64,000 nucleotides of DNA from Mytilus californianus. Taxonomy: Eukaryota. How positions within the stretch are numbered: the first letter of the stretch is position 1; each line of letters opens with the position of its first letter. Position numbers and translations under genes: made by a program. The stretch covers positions 95,356,001-95,420,000 of the forward strand of contig NW_026262668.1 in the NCBI RefSeq assembly GCF_021869535.1. Direction: 5' to 3'. The notes under the pieces were generated by a model. That model saw nothing but the letters and a program-made list of their open reading frames with translations. It made no database searches and was not told where the DNA came from. This document shows, one piece after another, positions 29,307-42,509 of this stretch.

Positions 29307-32300
29307 ATGTTAACAGAAATCCATAGAATTGTTATATTATCCATATTTGTCCACACATATATATACGCACAAGATGTTCAGAATATTGGAGGTAAGTTTG
29401 TTTCCACTACAGAACGATGAAATCGAGAAAAAAAAAACAGTTTCCATTTCCATTAAGTGGGTTTATATAACTGTTTTGTGTGTGTGTGTATTTTTTTTAA
29501 TAAATTGAATTAATATTCAAGTCAGCTGAACGTACACGTAATGAATCGTTTTTTACAACATTTTAGATTCTTCGATAAAATCCAAAACTAAATTGCCATC
29601 TTTTTTAGTAAGTTAACCTGATTGTCGGTAGATTTATTTATAATATGGGCTTTGTCTAACATTGTAATTTTCTTGAAACCCGTGCGTCAATATTCATTAT
29701 AAGAAAAAAATTGAGTGCCTACTTATATGTATTTTTGCAAAAGGTTTTTCTTTGTCTTACTTTCCATTTTTATTATATTGTTATGATTATTTCATTGTAT
29801 TATTATTGTTTAGGTATGGCGAGGATATGATTTGTTAGATTTCATTAGATAAATATATGTATATATTTTTTTTAAATCTTCCTTTCAGTCAATCTTAATG
29901 TAGAAAATGACCCTTTTGCAAGTCCAGGCGTGGACCCGTTTGGTAATGTGAAATCTGGTACTGGTTCATCCAAAACAATCAAGACAAGTAAGTCTTCATC
30001 GACAACACATGTTGCGGCAAGAAAAGAAACCAATGTGCAAGGATTAGACAAGGAGCCAGCTGTGGGTGCTGGGGATTTAAACACTATAAACGCTGAAGTC
30101 AGTTCTATTGGAGCCATCACCAGCGAGACAAAAAATGTCCAAAGTTCAGGGACAACAGTTTCGAAAGAAAACAGACGTACAGATATAAACACCGTTAAAA
30201 CAAGCGACACTGCGTCATCTAATTCACGTAGTTCAAGCCGGCGTGTACCAAGAAAAAGGAATCAAACACAAAAAACAAAAAGCGATATTACAACACGTAG
30301 AAACAGACAAAGGAAAAACAAAAATAAATCTAACCAAGATGTCTCAAGACAGTCAACCAGTGGAACTGGAACACAGAGCAATACAGCAACAAACTCTAAA
30401 GGACAAACAATCAGTACTCGAACATCAAACACAGATACACGGAATATATTAAGAAAAGATGGAGCTTTTTCGTCATCCATGGATTTTACGGATGAGGTTA
30501 GAAGAAATGAACAAATTGGAATGGAGTTTGATGTACCAACAACTGAGAAACCAGTAAGATACTTCAGACAACTGTTTGCCGATCAGAGTACGTATTTACA
30601 TATATATTAAAATGCATTAGAATAAACAAAAATAGCAGATAATGCATTGATTTACAATGAGGCAACAATCCATCAAAGATCAAAATACAAATATATACAC
30701 AATTACAGGTCACCGTACGGACTTCAACAATGTACAAAACCAATATCATGCATATAGAAAGATATAAATGGCCCTGGGATAACAAAATGTGAAACAATTT
30801 AAAAAAGGGAAAACTAACTGTCTTAAACATAAAACGAAAAACCATTATGTCAAACAACATACAGCAACAACCACTGAACCAATTACAAAGTATGTTAGCC
30901 TTTTTATAAACCCAAACAATATACAACGACAACCACTGAACTACAAAGTACGTAAGCTTTTTTATAAAACCAAACGATGTACAACGACAACCATACACTG
31001 AACCACAAAGTACGTAAGCCTTTTTATAAAACCACTGAACTACAACTTACGTAAGCCTTTTTATAAAACCACTGAGCTACACCGTACGTAAGCTTTTTTA
31101 GAAAACCACTGAACTACAAAGTACGTAAGCCTTTTTATAAAACCACTGAACTACAACGTACGTATGTATCCCTTTTTATAAAAACCAAATAGTTTACTGA
31201 CAAAAATAATTGATTATTTTCTTCAATTAATGCTTTATCTTGACATGAATGAAAATATTAAGATCTTTTGTGTAGGTGTTTCAAAACATTTCTTATCTAC
31301 AATTTCTCACAGAAATACAAATTACCTATCTAAAAATATTTTGTTGTTTTAAAATAGGGATATGTGAAATTCAAAACTGTTATAGCACCGACTGTTATTT
31401 TGAACATCCTGGTGACTGTCGGAAATACATTCGTTGTACGGCTAGTGCTGAGGGAGCTGGCATGGAGGCTCTAGAAATGAATTGTGCTTTTGGAACTTTT
31501 TGGTCTAGGATGAAAAATACATGTGATACTGCATCAAACGTAGTTTGTCCAAATGGTAAGTTTAATTCGAATACCGGAAGTTAATTTATATGATTTAGTT
31601 ACTAAGTATGACATTAAATTTGATACAAATACCACCTAACAGCCTAATGGGGATACCTGGACTTAACTCAAATAGAAGGAGACATGCCGAGTTTAAACGA
31701 TCCTGAAGCGTAATGTACTTATAATAATGTGCGAATACATTTTTCTTTGCAAACAAGAGAACTTTTTTATGCAAATGTTTATATATATTGTGTTTTGTGA
31801 TAATCTGTATGTTTTTAATCATTCTATAATAGTACGTATTGTTATGCAACCAATCACAATTTAAAGAAATTTTTTTGTGTAATCTAGTGTGTGTAAAACA
31901 GGTGGTGGCTTCGAAAACAGCTCCCTTTCATTTTGATTGAAATGTTTTATTATGTATATGTAGATCCATGTAGAGATAGAACACTAAAGAGTTACCCGTC
32001 AGGTTTGAACTGCAGAAGTTACTGGACCTGTGTTAATGGTCGGTCAGATGCAGAATGTTGTCCTGCTAATGAGGCTTATGTAAATGGCGTCTGCCAACCA
32101 AGCGATTCCTGTAAGATAGATGAATCTGAATGTCCATACAAATTGAGAGGTGATATGCCAGAAAAGAAGAAGAAAAACAGTAAGTTAATTATTGTCAAGT
32201 AGAGAATTTAATTTTGCATATCCGATGGAATAGAATAAAGAAACATTTTTGTTATTGCAATTTTTATGGTATCAACGGCTCATTTGTTATTTTCTTATAT

Positions 32301-35300
32301 TGTAATTGTAACTATTTCTAAAGTGTTTGATAAATCTGATTGAAGCTGCGTCCAATTACTACCGTCTAGAGCTAATTCAAGTACGTTTCAATCTACCAAA
32401 AAAAAAAAGTATTTGCAATAATGCACTTTCTGTAAATCTTAATAAACTAACCTGGAACAATTATTTAATGATATTGTTTTTATTTTAGGCTGCCCCTTTG
32501 AAAAACACCCAAAAGATGAATCATTATATGTTCTGAAATATTACGGAACAGTAATGAACTGTGCCACTGGAACACGGTTTGATGAAGATCAATGTACATG
32601 TGTTCGAGCTCTTTTCAAACGAATCAGTAAGTACGGCAACCATTATTTACAATTATTCAGACGAAAAACAAAATGTATCAATGAAACTTTTGTCAATATT
32701 TTTACCAGGAAAGAACATTAATTCATTTGGATTGATCCAATCAACAATGACAAACAGTTTTTCGTTCGAGAAATCATTTTTTTTACTACCATCAACCGAG
32801 AAAGGGGAACATCGATCTGAAGAGAAATATTCAGAGCTAGGTCTTCTAGATTAATAGATAATTAGATGAATTATTCAAACAATGTCATAGACATTTTTCA
32901 CAGTTGGTTTGACACAGTTAGTTGTTTTATTACTTATCGCTGTCACCTATAATGTCTCATGGGTTTTGTGTCCTATCTTGATCGTCGCAAGCCGAAATTG
33001 TTTGTCTTTTTTTGCTGTAAGAATGTAATTTTAATATGAAAGTATAGATACCGATATATTTATATTCTATATTAAAATGATCTAGTGCTAACTTATATTT
33101 CAAAATATTTTACCAATAAAAACAATGATACTGATAATAATTAAAGATAAAACATAGATTTTGATGGTTTTAACTTATACAATTGTACATTCTAACAGGA
33201 TGTGTACCAACTACAGACATAGCCTTTAACGGCAAAAGAGTCATCAGTGGTCGCAGTTATATCGAACCAAGCAACGTAACATTGACAGAAAGATCAGGTG
33301 GTCGATTCAACGGGAGAGCAGCTATCGCTGTTCCGTACTTCAAGTCTAATCAGAACATCGAGAGACACTTGGTAGTCCGAATGAGATTTTATCACAATGG
33401 CAAGGAAGGGTATGATTCGCAAGTACTGATCTCTAACTGCAAGACAGTATCTAGCAACGAACTCTCACCTTCGTTTGCAATTCTTCTCTCAAAGACAAAA
33501 AATCAAATCATTTTCTTTATTTCGACAAAACAAGGAAGCACAGACAAATCTGGTGGAACTGCATCGATTTCATTGCCATACACGGTAATATTTTTATCCA
33601 ATATGTTTTTGAATCATAAATACTAGAAAAATGTTTTTAAATAAGCCTTCATAGCTAAATAGCTCTGTACATTAAAGTCATTGGTCCATTATACTATTCA
33701 ATATTTTCCCATTAGAAGAGAAGATGAACTAGACATAAGTGCAGATGTATATTTCTTTTTCAATATCGATGTATCTGTATATCAACAAAAGATTGTTATA
33801 ATTTCAGCCAGGGAGTTGGACAGTGGTAGAGATGAAGTTCATAAACCAACAATTAAATGCTACCGTACAAACATTCCAGGCGGACGGCTCATCAACACAG
33901 GTTAATGACGTGAAAGATTTAAAGGGTATGTCAACGAAAACATTGCTGTCCTAAATTTCCTAAATTTTAAAAATAATTAGTTGTTATACACTCTGAAAAA
34001 TTAGATTCAAGATTGTTGATCAATTGTATTACTGTTTAAATGATGTACTTTTTTGGATTATTCATTGTGCAATTTTCTAGATTATCGAACGATTATAACG
34101 ACATTATAATTGTGCACCTTTCTGGAATATAGCTCGATTATGCTGAACGCAAACATTATAATAGTGCACTTACTGTTAAATCTCGAGTATGATGAACGTA
34201 CACATTATAATAGTGCACCTTTCTGAATTATCGCTCGATTATGATGATGATCGCAAACATTATGATATTGCTCTTTCTGTTAAACATCGATTATGACGGA
34301 CGTACTCATTATAATAATCCACCTTTCTGGATTATCACTCGATTATGTTGATCGAAACATTATAACAGTGCACTTTTCTGTTTAAACCTCATTATAATAA
34401 TGCCACTTTCTGGATTATCGCTCGATTATGCTAATCGCAAACATAATAATAGTTCACTTTTCTATTTAATGCTCGACTATGATGAAGCATAGATGATAAT
34501 AGTTATGAATTAGCTCTCGAACATGACGAGAATTAGCTCTCGAACATGACGAGAATTAGCTCTCGAACATGACGAATGCCGGCATTGTAATAATGCAGTG
34601 TTCTGGTAAACGCACGATTATGATGAATATACACATTAAAATAGTGCACTTCACGAAGTTGATAACCCATACATTCATGAAAACGCATATTGTTAAGGTA
34701 ACATATTTTTTATGAATATTTCATAGGAAGAATAAAACCAAGTGTTGAGCCAGTGATGGTAGGCAATTGTAACATGAACGACGGATTTGTTGGCTACATT
34801 GACGAGGTATGTTGAAAACTAAATCAAAATTGAAGTTACTTTTTCAGTTGCATTGTTTTTAAATATAGCACAATGGATAATTATCCATATATATCTCGTC
34901 ATGACTATTCCTATGTCATATTGAAATCACAATGAGAAATTTGATGAATCACTTGCTGTAATTAATTAACTGTAAATCATGAAAACTATTAATACTACAA
35001 ACTACTGTCAGTGTTGGGCGAAACATACCAGATTAGCATATATCTCTTCCAATGAATCTATGACGCAAACAGTTGACATTTTATATAAATAACACATGAG
35101 TGAGTGATAAAGCATATTGTTACCCCTAGAAAACTTTGTCATTCGGGACGAAGCTAAGGGGACGACCATTTGATATTCTGGGAGGGGCAGCAGGATTCTT
35201 TGCGGATTGAGTGTTCATGTTGTTACACGTGCTTATTTTTTTCCACACGAAAATTTATTTTCAGTTTTGTACACAACTGTTTTCTGCACCTATGCTTCAG

Positions 35301-35849
35301 ACTATTTAATTTCATCCTGACTTCTGCAAAGTTATTTATTTTCAACTCTTGCCGGACCAGGATATTGATTTTTAATATCCTCCTCCCCAAAAAAATCAAA
35401 TGGTCGTGTCCTAATCTATCACCCTCTAAACTATGATTTTATTTATTATATTGAATGTTCTGTTATTATTGTGTTTTAAATCAATGATTTAAAATTAAAG
35501 TCATTTTTCTTTAAACTTGTCTTTTAAATTGTTGATTCAAAATTAAACTATTGTCTGTTAAATTATTAATCATTAATGCATCTGCATTAGTGGGTAGTAT
35601 CTAAAAAATGTTACCCGCTAAACCATGTGATAGAGTAGATTGTCGCTCTCGTATTTGACCGAAACCAATTAAACTGTTAAACGTGAAGTATAATAAAATA
35701 TGATGAAAACTTCATCATACTAAAGTTACTTGAAACACAGATATTATATCACTTAATGTAGATGAAGAATAAATCTTATCATGTTTGGTATAATCAACTT
35801 TATTTATTTTCAGGTGAAAATATATTTATGCGACCCTTACGAAGCTTGA
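29307..35849 (+). CDS. Secreted Pif-like / chitin-binding (CBM14, peritrophin-A type) and laminin-G/ConA-like domain protein, 651 aa
   Basis: 9 coding exons, GT-AG, phases consistent, 1956 nt incl. stop: 29307-29391 (signal-peptide-like MLTEIHRIVILSIFVHTYIYA), 29889-30587 (Ser/Thr/Arg/Lys-rich low complexity), 31358-31555 (6-Cys CBM14-like: YFEHPGDCRKYIRC...CAFGTFWSRMKNTCD), 31964-32179 (CRSYWTCVNGRSDAECCP), 32489-32626 (CATGTRFDEDQCTC), 33199-33584, 33808-33925, 34727-34806 (GNCNMNDGFVGYIDE), 35814-35849 (VKIYLCDPYEA*). The CBM14 + beta-sandwich tail ending F.GYIDEVKIY.C is the architecture of molluscan Pif/BMSP-like shell matrix proteins. Confidence 0.85.
30871..31182. repeat. Intronic minisatellite, 37-bp unit
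   Basis: Unit ACCACTGAACTACAAAGTACGTAAGCCTTTTTATAAA (e.g. 31031, 31068). Confidence 0.85.
34075..34650. repeat. Degenerate intronic minisatellite, alternating 49/52-bp subunits, with a nested 22-bp tandem at ~34505-34555
   Basis: CTCGATTATG...ACATTATAATAGTGCAC units at 34133, 34182, 34234 etc. Confidence 0.75.
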
Positions 35850-37098
35850 TAGTAGCACCTGTTCATAGTTTCTGACATCAATAGTGCTCAACTCATATAA
35901 ACCCATTGTTTTTACATGCTGAATTTAAAATGACAGCAACTTGAATTGACTTACTTATGATGTATTGTAATATCAGTGACCACTGCCATAGAAAATATTC
36001 AAAATGTATTGACTATTAATAACAATAGTTGTCAAATTAACAAAAGAACAAAAAAAGAAGTCCATAAAGGCATATTTTAATTAACAATATACAACGACAT
36101 TTGTATAGTTGAATGTATTTATTTTTTAAATAATAAAAGTATTTATTTACTACTTACTGTGTTTTAATCTACGTGCATGTGTAAACGGTATTAAAAATAC
36201 TTGATCAAATGTCCTCACTCGACTCCATTTTGTCAGTCCATAACCCTTTCTCACGCTGACACAACATAAATCTACGATCTTGATGCTTAGATATTGTTTT
36301 CGAACAAAACTACCTTGGCGTATTGAGATACTTTTTAAGTGTTCTAACCATTGATTAATCAAATGTATCCCCTTCGTCCATCAGTTGAAATAGAAAAAAA
36401 AGTTTTTGCAACCCTGTATTGTTCACCGAGTAAAAGTACATACTTATTACTAAGAGATATTGAATAAGTCAGTAACAAAAAAATCACGAAAGATGACACA
36501 AACAACAAAATTGAAACAATACACGTTACTAGCTTGCAACTACATTATTTACAATATGTACTAGAAATTATGAGATGTAGTATGTTCCCGATGAGACAGC
36601 TATGATCATCAAAAAAGGGCAAGGATGTGAAATAAAGGGCACCGTGCAGCCTTCGATAAATATCAAACCCCATACCGCATAGTAAGCTACAAAAGACCTG
36701 GCGAGACAAATTTGATAACAAGTAAAAAATGAAAAGCAAGAAACTGATTTATTCTTAAACAAAAGACGAAAACAATTATAGCAGACAGCTAACAATAACT
36801 ACCAATGGACTACAGGCTCAGCATCGGGACAAGCACATAAAGATTGTGACGGGGTTAAACATGTTTGTAAGTGTCCAACCTTCTAAACATAAACTATCAG
36901 AATAACCAAATATTCTCAAAAGATAAATTAAGATATATGACCACGAAAACAACATTCAAGATTCCTTTGGATTGGCAATCAAATGTGACGGGTTTCAACT
37001 AGTGTTTTTTTTTATTATTATCTTAACACCCTTTCCCTTTTTGTTAGTCGACCAATAGAATTACAAAAGGTACACGATAAAATGAACAATACATATTA

Positions 37099-37300
37099 CT
37101 GTGACTTGACCGTAACTGTTGCTCTCCACCTTTTGCAGTTTATTCAAAATTCGGACCAAATTGCAATTTGGTGTATTAAACCAAACTATTCAACTGATCA
37201 GATTTAACAAACTGCTGCAGAAAACAGTCAAGTGGTGAAAGTGCAAGGTGATAAAATAGAGCATACTTACAATCTTATAAGACTTTAATTCCACTGCAAT
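37099..37300 (+). repeat. ~200-bp repeat, inverted copy at 40762-40965
   Basis: CTGTGACTTGACCGTAACTGTTGCTCTCCA...GCATACTTACAATC...CACTGCAATGATAT matches the reverse complement of 40762-40965. Confidence 0.8.
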
Positions 37301-37479
37301 GATATTTCGAAATCAAAGAGCTGAAAGCTCTGAGGAAAAATGACGCCACTGTCTCTAATATTGTGATATTTTTTATGCAAGTCTTGATTTTCACATACCG
37401 TAATTAGTTTAACATTCCAACATGTCTCGTAAGCATATAATTGATATTCGTATATGTGTGTGTTATGTAAAGATGACAA

Positions 37480-37735
37480 CTGGCTGTTTTTTAGTACAAA
37501 TGTATAGGTCAAGACTACCTGAATGATCTACAGTATCCAATGACTACTGGCTGTTTTTTCTATAAATAAATAGGTCAAGACTACCACAATGATCTACAAT
37601 ATCCAATGACTACTGGCTGTTCTTTTGTACTAATAAATAGGTCAAGACTATTTGAATGATCTACAATATCCAATGACTACTGGCTGTTCTTTTGTACATA
37701 TAAATAAAGACTACCTGAATGATCTAAAGTATTCT
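37480..37735. repeat. Minisatellite, ~67-bp unit, about 4 copies
   Basis: CTGGCTG at 37480, 37547, 37613, 37680. Confidence 0.85.
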
Positions 37736-38354
37736 AAGTAATGTGATTTTTGTCTTGCAATTACATTTTTCTAAATCAAGAATATAGACTACTAGTATCC
37801 TTTTCAAACCAAATGATTATGAAGAGCCTGTTGTTATCAAGCTCTTATACCCCACATACTCATTAAATAAGTTACTAGTGACCTAGTTATTTCTGTTACT
37901 TGAAGCAAATTATATTTCTGTAGATTTAGACAATAGTATAATATTGTTTTACTAGTTTTATTTCACCTTGAAGATTAGACAAATAGGGATACTCCTTTGA
38001 TTTTTTATTTCATGTCAGTCAGGTCGCTTTATATGAAACTTGAAACCACTTCTCTGCCATATTGTTATTTCATAACAACTCTGCCCTTGACCATGTTGAC
38101 CCATGTAATTGATATTCATTCTTTAACCATATATCATAGTCAGTTAGTTTTTGATTTTGCACTCCCACAACACCTTTCAGGTCAAATGTCTGTCTCCATT
38201 TAAGTTAATGACATTGAACAATCATGGTATTAAACACACATCCAATAGTGATAATGCTGTTCTAGTAGGTCACCATATATTCAACTCGGGTAGCATTCCA
38301 GTTATTGAAATTTGTGTCAGATTAGAACAATGATCTAGACCTTTAGGAATGGAT

Positions 38355-38615
38355 CTTACAATTTAATATGGAGCCATAGTATGGGACCCCTACACGGTAA
38401 CAATAAAAAAACAAGCTTGAAAAGATACAACGTCAAGCGGCAAAATCTATCACCAGAAATTACAAGTCAAGAGAGGATGGACGGGATACGTCTCTAAAAT
38501 GCTTGCCTAACTGGAACTCCAACAAGATCTCCAGACAAGACGAACAAGGAGTTGAAGCCAGAAGTTAATATTTATGTAAAAAGTAGTTGAGGGGCTGATT
38601 CCCGCTATTGAACCA
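38355..38615 (+). mobile_element. Decayed LINE 3' fragment (post-RT region)
   Basis: Translates with frameshifts as YGAIVWDPYT, KLEKIQRQAAKSITRNYKSRE, KVVEGLIPAI; typical of the EYxxxVWDP...LEKVQRRAAR region of CR1/L2-group LINEs. Confidence 0.6.
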
Positions 38616-38631
38616 TACTGTCATTCTATAA

Positions 38632-39607
38632 TATTATTGCGTAAGTATTTCTGTATTGTCCTTGTTATGGGTCCATGTCTTGGTGTATTGGTCTGAGGCG
38701 AAGCCGAAGGCCAATACTGAAGGCCGAGGACCAACAATAAGGCCAATACAGAAATACATGTAATAGTATCTTTATTAATTAACTACAGTGTTACAATATT
38801 TTTTTATTTCATTTCACAAGAGATAAACATTTTTACCTTGAAGTGGAACTATCCAAATCTCAGTTTCTTTTTATAAGATGCAATATCTAATGATTTGGTG
38901 CCGTTTCCATGTATCTTCAGCCTTTTCTCATCTGATGAATTTTTCTACCCTTTCCAGTCACTATAAAGTGTTACAACTTTAATTTAGACACAACACATAA
39001 ATAGTAATTGGAAAGGTACTGCCATTGCAATTGTGTAATGCAAATATATTTTTAAAAAAAATAATGTAAGAGTTGAAATTGATACAACTATCCATAAGCC
39101 AATTGACCAAAGAACGAAGATTTGCGCAATTACAGAATGCATATGCCTGGTTCGGGTTTAAAAATAAGAGACCGTTTACAAAACATGAGAAGCGAAAGTG
39201 AACAGTAAAAATCGACATGATGAAATTATGAGGTCGTCAAGAAATGAACTTTGTGATAATTTACTCGTTTCCTAAACCTGAAATAATCCCATCGTCTACT
39301 TTCAAAATGCTTTTCAAATGAATGGGACCGTCTTTAACCTAAAATATATGCCATACTGAAGGTTTCAGCTTGTTTATGGTGAGTAAATAAAAACTGCGTC
39401 GTACAAACAACTGTTTTTCCTTTCAGTTTGAGTTTATCGTGACTTACGATCTAAAAACTAGAGACGTTCCGAAATCCTGTTTTGGCCGGATCAGAACTCG
39501 GCCAATACGGAAAAAAAATCTGTATTGGCCGAGTTGACATCTTATATTGCATATGCAGTTTTCACCATTTTAAGTACAATAACAGTGTAGTTAATTAATA
39601 ATGATAC
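38632..39607. mobile_element. Non-autonomous element with terminal hairpin plus 29-bp inverted repeat (Crypton-like architecture, tentative)
   Basis: Hairpin 38645-38757 centred on GAGGCGAAGCCGAAG; GTATCTTTATTAATTAACTACAGTGTTAC (38766-38794) is inverted at 39579-39607. Confidence 0.5.
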
Positions 39608-40242
39608 AGTTACAGACTCTGCTGCTATAAATTTGTGAACAAAGATTCATACGCACCGCGTGGGTATAACCGTATTACTAATTTCCGATTATTAAAATCT
39701 TCGTAAATCTGGACAAAGACCAGTTTCTATCCAATGGATATCAAAATGATTCCGATTATTACTTTTTTAATGATTTTAAAGTTGAAATGGCATGAAAGGC
39801 TGACATTATTTAGGAGAACTATTTTGTCTAGCGATTGCTGATCATTGGAGGGTAAAAAGTCCAACACCATAACAAAACGGATCTATTTATCATGTATACA
39901 TACCGATTGTTTACGATTGTAAGACATGTGCATAAAAGTGAAAGCTCGAATAAATATGAAAAATATAACAAAGGGATAGCTCCAAATACCATTTAATAAC
40001 AAAAAACATATGGACAGGTCAAGATATCTTTTTGGTAAATAAAATAACGTATGTAAACTGGTTCCCGTCCGACTACAACACTTTAACAAAGACTTTGTTC
40101 GAGTGTAGCGTAATACAAGCAGATTCCAGTTAGTATGTAAAATAGTAAATATGAAACCGAGTGCGGTAGGCGGAGGCATAATCAACTTCCGTTAGTTCTG
40201 GTCAATGGTATCGGAAACATGCCGCTGATAGCGTCATTTTCC

Positions 40243-40759
40243 AAAAATCAGTCTGTCAATTTCTATACTAATTTTATTGTAATTGTCATGCAATAGGTGA
40301 TAGGTAGTAATTTTGAATTGGTATAAAAAAACTAAGCTTTCATACAATTTTTCTTTTGAAAAGTCTTCTATATTCATAAGAATCAGACATTATTTGAATT
40401 AAAACATCTTATATTCAGTAAAATATATGTGAAATTACAATACGTTGTTAGTAAGTTTCCATGGGAGATAATCAATTTTTCCTTCGAACAGTCTTCTATA
40501 TTCATACGAATAATGATTTTAGATTATCTCCCATGGAAACTTATTAACAACGTATCGTAATTTCACATATATTTTACTGAATATAAGATGTTTTAATTCA
40601 AATGATGTCTGATTCTTATGAATATAGAAGATTTTTTCCAAAGAAAAAATGTATGAAAGCTTAGTTTGGACATTTTTATAGCAATTCAAAATTACTTCCT
40701 ATCACCTATTGCATGACAATTACAATACAATTTGTATAGAAATGGATAGACTTATTTTT
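40243..40759. repeat. Fold-back palindrome, ~230-bp arms, 48-nt spacer
   Basis: 40243-40473 is the reverse complement of 40522-40759 with few mismatches. Confidence 0.9.
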
Positions 40760-41989
40760 CATTATATCATTGCAGTGACAGGATTGTAAGTATGCTTTAT
40801 TCGATCCCCTTGCACTTTCACGACTTCACTGTTTTTGTACATCAGGTTGTTAAAATTTTGACTAGTTGAACAGTTTGGTTTGATAAAACAAATTGCAATT
40901 TGGTCAGAATTTTTAATAAACTGCAATAGATGGAGAGCAACACTTACAGTCAAGTCACAGTAATGCCGGACAAGTATTTGATTTAAATATTAAACAATAT
41001 AATAGATAACAAAAACATAATTACAAACAAATATAATTTATAATATACAATTTAGTAGTCTACAATTTTACAGTATCGAAGAAAGCTCGCAGTTATTGAA
41101 AGCAAGCTCAAAATATACGTAACCCGCTAATGTGAAATCGTTCTGTCCTTCACTCTGATAAGGTTGCTGCACTTCATAACGAAAATATTACTTCCGTAGA
41201 AATCCGAGATGTCACTGACAACACGCGACTATCGACATAACTAAGAAATGTACTGAAACACCATAAGAAGGAGCCAATGAAACATCACCGTCAAGAAAAG
41301 AAAAATTAATAATACAATGGAAATGTCATAAATTTCGATATTAGGATGGGCATGAGAAATCAAGATATCGATTTCCAAAAAAACGGACATCGGTCATCAT
41401 TAATGTTTGATTGAGTAAGATAATAGAAAATGGAAAAAATGAGTTGTATGTTTAGAAAAAATCTTGATAGTTAACAGAGAGTGTATCGTCTATATATCTG
41501 CAGGCGTTGTAAAAATATGTATTAAGTGTTCTGTTTCGTAGGGTCTTTACGAAGTTATGCCATAAATTGTCCCTCATAACAAGTAAGAAATAAGTCTACA
41601 ATAAAAAGGTACACACTTGAAATACCATCGGAAAACAAATCAATTGTGGTATAATTTATCTTCCAAAAAAAACAGAAATGTCTCTGCATGTCAAATATTT
41701 CAAGTTTTATTACTTACAAAAAATAAAGGCATTGTAACAACTGCAATAGATGTAACAAGGAAACCTTTAATAAAAAAGTTTCTCTATGATTAGATCGTGT
41801 GGTAGTGTAACACACAGAGTAAAAAGTCATAATTGCCAGCGGAGACAAATAAACATACAAAAAACGCGTATCTTAACCAGACACATATAATAACATGGTA
41901 GTATAAGTCTCTCGTTCAACTAAGACGTCGAAAGAACTTTTTACATTCCAGAAAAAGTAAAAAAAAAATAAACAACAGTTTATAGATTT

Positions 41990-42367
41990 CATGCGTCCGA
42001 ATTGCTATTCTGGATCTACCTTCATCAGGAACGCTGGAAGCCAAATATTTGAAAGCCAAGGATGTATTAGAACCGAAACAGTTAAAATTCTATATTAACA
42101 AAAAGGACGTAGAAAAATAACCAAATCCACGGGGACGATAGTCCACCAGCAGCGGTATCGACCCAGTGCTGTAAAAAATGAAAACAACACTTTATAAATT
42201 TCATGTGTCCTAAGCGCTTTCCTGGATTTACCTTCATCAGGAACGCTTAAAGTCAAATATGTGAAAGCCAAGGATGTAGAAGAACCGAAACAGTTGAAGG
42301 GCTGTATGACCAAAAAGGAACTACAAATCCATCTAAGGTCAACTTTACCTGAGGGAGTTGAAACCTT
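41990..42367 (-). mobile_element. Retrozyme-like repeat, two hammerhead-like motifs (41993-42034, 42205-42246)
   Basis: Same family as 25915-26950; both motifs keep CUGAUGA and stem I, with mutations in G12A13A14 or stem III. Confidence 0.65.
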
Positions 42368-42509
42368 ACAATGTAGCAAAATCATAAAAGACAAAATACA
42401 TATCTAAACAAGTGGCAGACGATACCAAAGGGAGAATCAGAGGTACGAGTATTTACAGAAAGCATGTTCAAAGTTCACTTTCAACTAATACATAGACCAT
42501 GTTTGTCCT

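Noticed and set aside
29872-30480. Antisense and alternative-frame ORFs overlapping the Pif-like exon 2
   Set aside because: Expected shadows of a low-complexity coding exon; no independent support.
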